Assembly: GCA_030668825.1 (NCBI GenBank)
Contig: DAOVET010000025.1
Coordinates: 1-31,803, forward strand
Source: Candidatus Heimdallarchaeota archaeon
Lineage (GTDB): Archaea > Asgardarchaeota > Heimdallarchaeia > Heimdallarchaeales > Heimdallarchaeaceae
Reading direction: 5' to 3'
Length of the DNA stretch: 31,803 nucleotides
Under the pieces are notes generated by a model. It was not told where the DNA came from. It saw nothing but the letters and a program-made list of their open reading frames with translations, and made no database searches. The position numbers and the translations under genes were made by a program. Shown here in pieces: positions 8,551 through 17,557 of the stretch. Within the stretch, counting starts at the first letter, position 1, and the number at the start of each line of letters is the position of its first letter.

Positions 8551-10995
8551 TTAGTATTGACTTGGTGGACTTGCAGGAGTTTTAGACTTTATTTTGGGTA
8601 TAACTACTCTAAATACAACAAAAACGAGTATACCAAAACCAGCAACCCCTCCAATCGCTGCGAGAGCAATTATTCCAGCTAAGCCTAATCCTTTCACAAT
8701 TACTGATGCTATTGAAGAGATAGGAGTACAGTCGTAAGGTATGAATTTGAATTCAATTGAACCATTTAGTGCAGTGTGGTCAACACCAAACATAAAGATT
8801 AGATTAGGATCAAATACACCAAATTCAATGTCAAAAGTTACGTATGAGACGTTTGAACCATCATAGTTAATAAAGTGAGTCGGAGTAAATCCATCTAAGT
8901 TGTAATATCTATTCCAAACAGCATCTCTATAGAAGTAACCTGGGAAGTAGCCATCAGGATTCTGCAAAGAGTAGAACGAATTATCTCTGAGTCCGTTAAT
9001 AATTACAATTTCAACCCTGTACCAGGTATTTTCAGGAACTGTTGCACGAATCATATATATGTCGAAGTCATTATAAGTTGTATCAAAATCATAGCTTACC
9101 AAATAACTGCCATTGTCAACGAAATCAAGTTCCTTTAAGTTAAGATTCACATCAGCAAAGATTTCTGGATCATCAGTATCTGTATTGAATCTAAGAGTTA
9201 CATTTTCTGGTTCGCTAAAAGCACTTCCAGCACTTGGCCAAGAGTATCCTGTATTATTGTATATGTCATATATTTCAAAGAGGACATAACGAGTAGTGGG
9301 TTCTCCTGTTGAAAGGAAATTCAGAATTTGCGTATCGTTAACTGGATATCCTTGGTCTATACCAGCCACTTGTTGATAACCAACAAAATCAGTTGTACCC
9401 CAGAAAACTTCTTGGTTGTTTTCTAGATAAGTAGTATAACCAAATTCTACAGTGCGGTTTAGCTCAAGAAGTAGGCTGAGATTGTAGTTATGATAATCAA
9501 AATCTGCATTTACAATTTTGAAAAGCTTATAATTTGATGGGTCACCATCTCGCTGACTGAGTTCAAAATCAAATGAATCTGTGAATTCTTCTACTAATAC
9601 TTTATTATACTCAATATCAAAATCATATACACTTTCAGTCGGGTTAAAGAAGTAATAATAACCAGGTTGAAGTAGAAGCTTCGCAGCAGTAAGTGTATTG
9701 CTGCCGAGCATATAATAGCTTCCAAATGCTAAATTCTTATCCTTATAATCAAGGTACCAAACCATTACAGAACCTACTGAAATATTGAAATAGGCAAGTT
9801 GAGTTTCTTTAACATCTATTCCAAAACTTAAGAAATTATCTTCATATTCAAGGATCTCTCCGGATTTCAGTGTTGGACAATCTAATTCATCAACAGCGAA
9901 TATGTAATCAAATTCTACGTAGTCATTGTTGTCTCTTTCTGCAGTGATATAAACAAGAACTTTTGTATCATATTCAAAGCTGAACACGAATTTGTCGTCA
10001 GATGAGGATCCAATTTGGAAAGTAAGGTATTGAGGTTGAAATCCTGCTTCATAATACAAACTAGGGATAACCATATATGCATTTGTGCTAATACCGCCAT
10101 CAAATCGAATGTATTTGAACTCATATGCTCCTTTTGGAATTCTGACAATGTAAGCATCGACATGCTCTGAATTATCATTATCTACAAAAACTTGTCTTTC
10201 TTCATCCCAAATGTTATTAGGTTCATTAACAAAATCGCCTGATACAAAGTCGCCAGCAGATATTGATGATACATCTATTTTCATTGGATTGAAAACAACA
10301 TAGTTATCATTGTTAGAAAACAGATATATGTAGTAATCTCCAGAACCTCTAGCTGCTAGTGGTTGTATATTTCGAGTTTCTCCATTTACACTGCCAGATT
10401 TAGAAAGATAATCATTGAAGTAAATATAATATGAAACACTATTAATTGATTTCATATTTAGATCATACATCTCTCCAGCTTGTAAACGAACTTTGAAAAC
10501 ATAATATGTATCCGCTTCCATTTCAACAGCGGTTTCTGAACCTAATGTGAGAGTTCCTTGATTGTTTACACCTGTTGTAAAACTCAAATTAGGACCTGTG
10601 CCAGTATTATTGAAAGCCTGGATATAAATCGGATTATATCTCCAAGTTGATTGTTCTATGTCGTATCTAATGTTATCATCATAGTATGTAGAAGCCAAAT
10701 TTGTTCTAAATACAGATGAATCATTAGCCATAGAATGTGTTGTCGAGCCAATAGTTTCTTTTACATATCTCACATCTGTAGCATATTGGGTTTCCAATAG
10801 TTGGTTTTCTCTTAGACGATTACCATCAAGAACTCCATATCCTACATTATCATATTCATTTAGAGTAATTGTTTCAGTTTCATTCAAATCATAAGCTAGT
10901 GAATTTATGGAAATGAATGCTAATGAAATAATAAGTGATGTAATAACATAAAATAAAGCTATTTTTTTCTTTTTATGATTAATCATGTTAATCAA
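8551..10995 (-). CDS. Large single-pass surface (glyco)protein of unknown function
   Basis: Basic N-terminus (KKKK) plus a hydrophobic signal segment; about 730 aa Y/F/D/N-rich, beta-like ectodomain; C-terminal TM helix and a short basic, Pro-rich tail. Confidence 0.8.
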   Translation of the reverse strand: MINMINHKKKKIALFYVITSLIISLAFISINSLAYDLNETETITLNEYDNVGYGVLDGNRLRENQLLETQYATDVRYVKETIGSTTHSMANDSSVFRTNLASTYYDDNIRYDIEQSTWRYNPIYIQAFNNTGTGPNLSFTTGVNNQGTLTLGSETAVEMEADTYYVFKVRLQAGEMYDLNMKSINSVSYYIYFNDYLSKSGSVNGETRNIQPLAARGSGDYYIYLFSNNDNYVVFNPMKIDVSSISAGDFVSGDFVNEPNNIWDEERQVFVDNDNSEHVDAYIVRIPKGAYEFKYIRFDGGISTNAYMVIPSLYYEAGFQPQYLTFQIGSSSDDKFVFSFEYDTKVLVYITAERDNNDYVEFDYIFAVDELDCPTLKSGEILEYEDNFLSFGIDVKETQLAYFNISVGSVMVWYLDYKDKNLAFGSYYMLGSNTLTAAKLLLQPGYYYFFNPTESVYDFDIEYNKVLVEEFTDSFDFELSQRDGDPSNYKLFKIVNADFDYHNYNLSLLLELNRTVEFGYTTYLENNQEVFWGTTDFVGYQQVAGIDQGYPVNDTQILNFLSTGEPTTRYVLFEIYDIYNNTGYSWPSAGSAFSEPENVTLRFNTDTDDPEIFADVNLNLKELDFVDNGSYLVSYDFDTTYNDFDIYMIRATVPENTWYRVEIVIINGLRDNSFYSLQNPDGYFPGYFYRDAVWNRYYNLDGFTPTHFINYDGSNVSYVTFDIEFGVFDPNLIFMFGVDHTALNGSIEFKFIPYDCTPISSIASVIVKGLGLAGIIALAAIGGVAGFGILVFVVFRVVIPKIKSKTPASPPSQY

Positions 10996-11083
10996 AAGAA
11001 ATTATGCACTTTTGAATAAAAAAACATTGCGAAAGTTTATTGTCAATTTTAATTTGAAAAAAACCTTAAATTCTTATTACAAC

Positions 11084-11893
11084 CTACTCCTCACCAAGTT
11101 TAGAAAGTATTTTTTCAGCAACCTTAGAAAAAACATCTTTTGCTTTATCATTCGCTCTAATGGCAGGTCTTCCTGAATCTCCAGCTTCACAAATTTGAGA
11201 TATTAGAGGAATAGTTCCGAGAAAATCCAAGTTAAGTTGTTCAGCTTTGTTTTTTCCACCATCTTTTTTGAAAATGTAGGTGACCTCATCACAATGTGGA
11301 CATACAAAACCAGACATATTTTCGATAATCCCTAATATTGGTACTTTTGTTTCTTGTGCAAAATTTATCGATTTGGTTACATCAAGTAGTGAAACATCTT
11401 GAGGTGTAGTGACAATGACCATACCATCTAAATCTTTGATTGTTTGAACTATGCTCAAGGGCTCGTCACTACTTCCAGGTGGTAAATCCACAATAAGAAA
11501 ATCTAATTCACCCCAATTTACATCTGCAAGGAGCTGTTTAAGGGCTTTAATTTTCATTGGTCCTCTCCAAATTACAGCCTTTGTTTTATCTTGAAGTAAG
11601 AACTCAATTGAAACGATCTTTATCTTCTCTGCATTTACAGGGATAATTTTATCGTCTTTAGTGGACATTTGCAGATCCTCTACACCAAACATTAACGGTA
11701 CATTGGGACCTGTTATATCAGCATCCAGTACACCTACTTTATATCCCATATCTGAAAGAGTTTGTGCCAGATTCACAGCAACTGTTGTTTTACCAGTTCC
11801 GCCCTTCCCACTCAAAACAGCAATTTTATGTTTGATCTTCAGTAGTGTTTCTTCGATTTTTTTATCTTCTTCTGTTTTCACATTCAAATGCAT
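11084..11893 (-). CDS. mrp: Mrp/ApbC/Nbp35 Fe-S cluster carrier ATPase
   Basis: Motifs SGKGGTGKTT, DADITGP, WRGPMK, DLPPG, VTTPQ and ENMSGFVCPHC. Confidence 0.93.
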   Translation of the reverse strand: MHLNVKTEEDKKIEETLLKIKHKIAVLSGKGGTGKTTVAVNLAQTLSDMGYKVGVLDADITGPNVPLMFGVEDLQMSTKDDKIIPVNAEKIKIVSIEFLLQDKTKAVIWRGPMKIKALKQLLADVNWGELDFLIVDLPPGSSDEPLSIVQTIKDLDGMVIVTTPQDVSLLDVTKSINFAQETKVPILGIIENMSGFVCPHCDEVTYIFKKDGGKNKAEQLNLDFLGTIPLISQICEAGDSGRPAIRANDKAKDVFSKVAEKILSKLGEE

Positions 11894-12043
11894 ATCATCA
11901 CAAGCTTCAAGTGTAAAACTATTGTTGAACTTAAAAATTCGTTGTTTTGACTATAAATTTCTATATTATTGGTACAGAATTTTTAAAGAGCACTTGTTCA
12001 ATATATCTGAATTAATGGAAATTTTTTCTTGAGAGGTAAGATC

Positions 12044-12307
12044 ATGAGTGAAAAACACTATGATGTAGTAGTAATTGGGGCCGGATTATTTGGTATAGCA
12101 ACAGCTTACCATATAAAGAAAGAAAATGAAAATCTAGCAGTGCTAGTTATAGATAAAGCAGCTCAAGTAGGAGCTGGAAATACAGCCAAACCAGCTGCTT
12201 TGTATTACAACCAGGAACATGCTGAACTCCATTGGGGAACTAAATTTAAAGTATCTAGATTAGGATTAGAAGATAAAAATGTTGACAAAGAGGGTTTTGT
12301 AATTTAG
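12044..12307 (+). pseudogene. Internally deleted FAD-dependent oxidoreductase (DAO/sarcosine oxidase beta-like)
   Basis: Rossmann motif YDVVVIGAGLFG...VIDK...GAGNT runs directly into a C-terminus-like segment (AELHWGTKFKVSRLG...EGFVI); only 87 aa; GAGGT RBS upstream. Confidence 0.7.
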
Positions 12308-12369
12308 TAAGAGAGTTTTAGAGCAAAAAAAAGCCAAAACTATATAAAACTCTAAAATCCTTACTGCTC

Positions 12370-13467
12370 ATGGTCTGGATTTCTTATGGGATTGGAATTG
12401 TGTCTATTTTCTTTCTACTACTTGGAGCAATTCTTGTGATTGGAAAACAGATACGAACATCATCTTTCTCAGTGTATTATTTTCTGTCAATGATTTTGTG
12501 TATTGTGGGGTGGATAGTTAGCGGTATTTTTGTTGTTTATCTAAGTCAGATAACCAAAGAAGTTGATGCTTTATTTGCATCCAAGTTTTCAACAATAATT
12601 AGTATGGTTGGAATGATAGCAACTATTCTCTTTGTTGTATCATTAAGCCCCAGACAAATTTTAAACCCCATAGTTCTAGCGTTTGCTCTTTTCCTCTTTG
12701 GAGGTGTAGTAGGTTTAACAGTTTCTGGAGATTATACTTTAGCTCTCTTGCCTGTTAAAGGAAGTAATTACGATTTTTATATTGCACAAACAAGTATAAC
12801 ATGGGTAATATTTGATGCAGGATTGGCCATTTTTGCAGGAATAGTTTTTCTCACACATCTAATTAAACAAAGAGGTTTCGTGGAAAAGAAATATCAAAAA
12901 GTTGTAGAGATGATGATGGTTGGAGTCGTAATAGCATACTTCATAAGCGCCCTTTTATTTGCTGCTAGAAAAATCATCTATGCTGTGACAGGTGAAATAA
13001 TAATGCTGCATATGGAATGGGTTTCTGTTGCAGTGGGGGCTCTGATTATAGGGGTTTCTATTTACATGGGAGGAATTGAAGCATTTTATTATTCTACTGA
13101 AATTCATTCAATATACATCTTTGATAAAGCAGGATCTTCAATCTATTCAGCTTCAGCAAAGAAAAAACTAAATGTAAGAGGTCATATTATTCTTAGTGTA
13201 ACTACAGCCTTTTCAGAATTTGCTGGGGAACTAATAGGAAAAGAAGTTTATCCAAAAGAAATTGATTTAGGCGATTCCTCATTAATGATTGAAACCGAAG
13301 GTACGTTTGTTTGCTTCTTGTGCAGTAGAGTTCCTACAAGCTATTTGCGTCAAGCAATAAGGCATCTTCTTACAGATTTATCACCGAATATATCGGAAAA
13401 TGAAATATCTGCGTTAGTGGAGAAATATTTAGCATTCAAACCAATAATCTCAAAACAAATTGAATGA
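12370..13467 (+). CDS. 7-TM membrane protein with C-terminal longin-like domain
   Basis: Seven hydrophobic segments in aa 1-235, then IHSIYIFDKAGSSIYS...AFSEFAGEL...EIDLGDSSLMIE....VCFL, a beta-beta-alpha-beta-beta-beta-alpha pattern. Confidence 0.7.
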   Translation: MVWISYGIGIVSIFFLLLGAILVIGKQIRTSSFSVYYFLSMILCIVGWIVSGIFVVYLSQITKEVDALFASKFSTIISMVGMIATILFVVSLSPRQILNPIVLAFALFLFGGVVGLTVSGDYTLALLPVKGSNYDFYIAQTSITWVIFDAGLAIFAGIVFLTHLIKQRGFVEKKYQKVVEMMMVGVVIAYFISALLFAARKIIYAVTGEIIMLHMEWVSVAVGALIIGVSIYMGGIEAFYYSTEIHSIYIFDKAGSSIYSASAKKKLNVRGHIILSVTTAFSEFAGELIGKEVYPKEIDLGDSSLMIETEGTFVCFLCSRVPTSYLRQAIRHLLTDLSPNISENEISALVEKYLAFKPIISKQIE

Positions 13468-13610
13468 TATCTGTTTTAGTGGTTTCCAGGTTTTTCGTTC
13501 CTTTAACAGTTTAATTATGTCTAAAGATAACGCTTTTAATAATCAAAGTCTGATTTTGGAAGAAGAAAGACTTACTAGCTGTTCCTTTAAGCTTCGAATT
13601 AGCACAAAAG

Positions 13611-16556
13611 ATGGTGAAATTATTGACAACATTCCTAGAAGAGATACGTAAAATTGAAAAGAAGTGGCAAAAGAAATGGCAAGAAGACCAGATATTTATT
13701 GGAAATGTAGATAGCTCAAAACCAAAATGGTTTTTAACAGTGTCTTATCCTTATGCAACTGCTCCTCTTCATATAGGTCATGCTCGTACTTATGGATTAG
13801 GTGATATTTTTGCTAGGTTCAAGAGACAACAAGGATTCAATGTATTATGGCCTATGGGCTTTCATATAACTGGAACTCCTGTTCTCGCAGTATCTTGGAA
13901 ACTAAAGAATAATGATAAAGTCGAATGGGACAGATACCGAAATTATATCTCAATATATGAGGATAGCAAGGAAAGAGTTGAGGAATTAATAGCTTCGTTT
14001 GTAGAACCAGAAAATGTAGCAAAATATTTTTCAGAAAAAATAATCAAAGATTTCCTTGGAATGGGATACTCTCTTGATACTACAAGGCAATTCTCAACTG
14101 GTGACCCTGACTATAATAAATTCATAGAATGGCAATATATTAAATTGGACAAAAAGAACTTAATTACACAAGGAGATTATCCCATCCTATGGTGTGTCAA
14201 CGATAAAAATGCTGTCGGTGAGGATGACATTCAAGCTGGAGATGAGTTAAAGGTAGAAGTAACTGAATTTGTTGGTATTAAATTCATGCTCGACTCAAAT
14301 ATCTTTCTAGTTGCTGCTACCTTAAGACCTGAAACGATTTTCGGTGCAACCAATGTATGGATACATCCTGACGCAATTTACGAAGAAATTTCAATAGATG
14401 GAGAGAAATGGATTGTTTCCAAAGAAGCTACAAAGAAGTTGATTGAACAGAATCATGAAATCAAGGTTATTAGAGAATTAAAAGGAAAAGAGCTAATAAA
14501 CAATAACGTTGAAGTTCCAATTACTGAGAAAAAAATACCAATCTATCCAGCATCTTTCGTTGATACTGATCATGCAACAGGTGTAGTTTACAGTGTTCCA
14601 GGACATGCTCCCTATGACTATGCAGCGTTAGCTGATTTACAAAAAGATGAGAAAACCATAGAAAAATATGGATTAGATTCTGAATTTTTAAAGCAAATTG
14701 AGCCAATTTCTTTAATTAAAGTAAAGGGGTATGGTGAATTTCCTGCCGTTGAAATTTGCAAAAAACTGGGGGTAAAAACACAAAGTGACATTGCTGAATT
14801 AGAAGAAGCTACTCAAACAATTTACAGAGATGAATTTTACTCTGGAATTATGAAAGAAAACACAAGTGAATACAAAGGACTGAAAGTTGAAGTTGCCAAA
14901 GATAGAGTTGCAAATACTTTATTTGATATTAATCTAGCATCTCCTATTTATGAAACATCAACAAAGGCTATTTGTAGATGTGGAGGACAAATAATTGCAG
15001 CAATTATCAAAGATCAATACTTCCTGCATTATAGAAATGAAGATTGGAAAAGAGATGCATTCAAATCATTAAATAGAATGCTCATAACTCCAGAAAAATA
15101 TCGGCAAAGCTTTGAAAACACCTTCAACTGGTTAGACAAAAGACCATGTGTTCGTAGAAGAGGATTGGGAACAGAATTTCCTTTTACAAAAGGAGAAGGG
15201 TGGATTATAGAATCATTAAGTGATTCAGTTATTTACATGTCCTTTTATACAATTGTTCGACAAATACGGCAAAACAATATTGAACCAAGTCAACTAAAAC
15301 CTGAGTTCTTTGATTATGTATTTCTAAATGAAGGAAATCTAAAAGAAGTAAGTAAAATCACTTCTTTAGCAGAAGACATAATTGAACAAACGAAAGCAGA
15401 ATTTGAATACTGGTATCCAAATGACTTAAGACACACAGCAATTCATCATATTTCAAATCATTTATCATTTGCAATCTTTCACCATGTAGCTATATTCCCT
15501 GAAAAATATTGGCTACCTGCCTTCTCTTTAAATGATATGTTAAGTCGCTTTGGTGAAGCAATGAGTAAAAGTAAACCTAACGTAATTCCAATAGCTGAAG
15601 TTCCGAGTAAGTTCAGTGTTGACTTGACAAGATTGCATTTAGCATCAATTGCTACACCAGAAACAGTCTTGGAATGGAAAGACACTGAAGTGAAATTCGC
15701 TCAACAAAGATTGAAAAAATTCTGGGAATATGCATTAAGTGTTGTAGATGTAGCTAGAGATGTAAATATTGAATACTCATTTCCATCAAAAGTTTTGCTT
15801 TCATCAGTAAAAACCAATCTAAAGAAGGCATTGGAAGAAATTGAGAAATTCAATGCTAGAGATTACATTCTGGGTGGATATTATGCTAATATTAGGGTTC
15901 TAGATGAATACCATAAGTTAGCTGTAAACCTACCTAAAGAAGAAAAAATGGCAGTTCTTCGAGAAGTAATTGAAATGATGGTTGTTATAATAGCACCAGT
16001 TATTCCTCACATTTGTGAAGAATTAAATGAAAAAATGGGCTCTAAGGATTACATCTCGTTGAAACGAATACCGGAAATTACAATTGATAAAGAAGATACT
16101 CTCTATGCTCTGCAAGCAAAATTTATGACCAATCTGCAGGAAGATATAGATCATATAGTGAAACTAGTAAAGTCAAAACCAAACAAAATTCACATCTATA
16201 TTAATGCAGAATGGAAGAATGATTTATACAAACTAGCAACCAACTTGTTCAAAGACGAAGCTGTTCAAATTGGAAGAATAATGTCATCAGCAAAAGAGAA
16301 TAACAAGCTTAACAAATATATGAATGAAATAGCAACTGAAGCAAAACAAATGCTAAAAGATCCTACCATATTCAGAATTGAAATGCTATCACCTGAAGAT
16401 CAGAAAAAAGCTATTCAAGGATATGAAGAATATATTAGTAAAAGGTTCAACAATGCAGAAATTATAATACAAATTGCTGATGACGAAAAGATTCATGACC
16501 CTCAAAACAAAGCTAACAAAGCAAGACCAATGAAGCCTGCTTTATTGTTAGAATAA
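13611..16556 (+). CDS. leuS: Leucine--tRNA ligase, archaeal/eukaryotic type
   Basis: YPY...LHIGH, MGFHITGTP, CP1 editing motifs ATLRPET and ATGVVYSVPGHAPYD, IESLSDSVIY, AMSKS and C-terminal KARPMKPA. The true start may be TTG at 13623, after a GGTGA RBS. Confidence 0.96.
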   Translation: MVKLLTTFLEEIRKIEKKWQKKWQEDQIFIGNVDSSKPKWFLTVSYPYATAPLHIGHARTYGLGDIFARFKRQQGFNVLWPMGFHITGTPVLAVSWKLKNNDKVEWDRYRNYISIYEDSKERVEELIASFVEPENVAKYFSEKIIKDFLGMGYSLDTTRQFSTGDPDYNKFIEWQYIKLDKKNLITQGDYPILWCVNDKNAVGEDDIQAGDELKVEVTEFVGIKFMLDSNIFLVAATLRPETIFGATNVWIHPDAIYEEISIDGEKWIVSKEATKKLIEQNHEIKVIRELKGKELINNNVEVPITEKKIPIYPASFVDTDHATGVVYSVPGHAPYDYAALADLQKDEKTIEKYGLDSEFLKQIEPISLIKVKGYGEFPAVEICKKLGVKTQSDIAELEEATQTIYRDEFYSGIMKENTSEYKGLKVEVAKDRVANTLFDINLASPIYETSTKAICRCGGQIIAAIIKDQYFLHYRNEDWKRDAFKSLNRMLITPEKYRQSFENTFNWLDKRPCVRRRGLGTEFPFTKGEGWIIESLSDSVIYMSFYTIVRQIRQNNIEPSQLKPEFFDYVFLNEGNLKEVSKITSLAEDIIEQTKAEFEYWYPNDLRHTAIHHISNHLSFAIFHHVAIFPEKYWLPAFSLNDMLSRFGEAMSKSKPNVIPIAEVPSKFSVDLTRLHLASIATPETVLEWKDTEVKFAQQRLKKFWEYALSVVDVARDVNIEYSFPSKVLLSSVKTNLKKALEEIEKFNARDYILGGYYANIRVLDEYHKLAVNLPKEEKMAVLREVIEMMVVIIAPVIPHICEELNEKMGSKDYISLKRIPEITIDKEDTLYALQAKFMTNLQEDIDHIVKLVKSKPNKIHIYINAEWKNDLYKLATNLFKDEAVQIGRIMSSAKENNKLNKYMNEIATEAKQMLKDPTIFRIEMLSPEDQKKAIQGYEEYISKRFNNAEIIIQIADDEKIHDPQNKANKARPMKPALLLE

Positions 16557-16558
16557 AT

Positions 16559-16581
16559 ACTTTCTTTTCCTTTTTTTCATT
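16559..16581 (+). terminator. Oligo-T terminator after leuS
   Basis: CTTTCTTTTCCTTTTTTT directly after the stop codon. Confidence 0.45.
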
Positions 16582-16632
16582 GTCTCCATTATTTCTAATT
16601 TCCGCTATTTCTCCAGAATTTTAATGTTTTAT

Positions 16633-16649
16633 GGCTATATAATATAGCC
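16633..16649. promoter_or_regulatory. Perfect inverted repeat GGCTATAT-A-ATATAGCC (candidate operator)
   Basis: 8-bp arms with a 1-nt spacer in the leuS-DAK2 intergenic region, just upstream of TATA-like TTTTTAAAA at about 16661. Confidence 0.4.
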
Positions 16650-16813
16650 TAAAGGATAGGTTTTTAAAAGGATGAAAAGCATTTACAAACGAGCGTAAAT
16701 ACAATTACATAATCGCAATATTCTTTGTTGATATAATCAAGGAAGTATTAAATACTCCTTCACACACTTGGAACTGCGGTAGGTAAAAAACTTAGCTAAG
16801 TGGAGCTAAAAAA

Positions 16814-17497
16814 ATGATGGAACCTAATACTAAAATCGATGGTATAACCCTCAAAAAAATGATGATTACTGCTGCTCATAATCTTGAGCAAACAAAAGAA
16901 GAAATAAACGCCATTAATGTTTTTCCAATTCCTGACGGAGATACTGGAGTTAATCTGTTTTTAACAATAAGGACTGTTGTTGAGCAATTTGATGAAATTG
17001 ACCCAACATCTATCCAAGAGGCTGCACAACTTATTACAAAAGGTAGTTTCTTAGGAGCCAAAGGTAATTCTGGCGTGATCATTTCTCAATTCTTCCAAGG
17101 TTTCAGCTCTGAAATTGAAGAACATGATTCAGTAGATATCCAAGTATTTGCAAAAGCTCTAGAAGAAGGAAGTGAATGGGCTTATGAAGCTGTTCTCCAC
17201 CCTACTGAAGGAACTATTCTTACTGTTATAAAGGATACTGCAATCATTGCAAAATCCATTGCTGAAAAAGGTGGAGATTGGACTGAGATGATTACTGAAA
17301 CCTATTTAACTGCAGTTAAATCTTTAGAGAACACTCCAAACCTATTACCTGTCTTAAAAGAAGCAGGCGTTGTAGATGCAGGAGCAAAAGGTTTTGTTAA
17401 TGTCTGGCTTGGTTGGTGTTTCCAACTCATGGATAGTCTTGGCATAAAGATCACACACATTGAAGAAGAATCTGAAAAACTTCAAAACGGGAATTAG
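16814..17497 (+). CDS. Stand-alone DAK2-domain protein (FakA/YloV N-terminal kinase domain type)
   Basis: Motifs INAINVFPIPDGDTGVNL, GAKGNSGVIISQ, PTEGTILTV and LKEAGVVDAGAKG. Confidence 0.88.
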   Translation: MMEPNTKIDGITLKKMMITAAHNLEQTKEEINAINVFPIPDGDTGVNLFLTIRTVVEQFDEIDPTSIQEAAQLITKGSFLGAKGNSGVIISQFFQGFSSEIEEHDSVDIQVFAKALEEGSEWAYEAVLHPTEGTILTVIKDTAIIAKSIAEKGGDWTEMITETYLTAVKSLENTPNLLPVLKEAGVVDAGAKGFVNVWLGWCFQLMDSLGIKITHIEEESEKLQNGN

Positions 17498-17557
17498 TCC
17501 CCAATTTTATCTTATTTTTGTAAGTATATAAAATAAGAAGAATGATTTGTCTCAAAA

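Noticed and set aside
8551-8575. PPxY or PTAP late-domain motif in the surface-protein tail
   Set aside because: The tail reads PASPPSQY, which matches neither consensus exactly.
10985-12032. ORFs 10985-11176 and 11661-12032 (+)
   Set aside because: They overlap mrp on the opposite strand and run into AT-rich intergenic sequence; no motifs.
12370-13100. 7-TM domain as a rhodopsin
   Set aside because: No Schiff-base lysine or DxxxK motif in the seventh helix (MEWVSVAVGALIIGVSIYMGG).
13460-13651. 63-aa ORF between the 7TM-longin gene and leuS
   Set aside because: It covers the likely leuS promoter and overlaps both neighbours; no motif.
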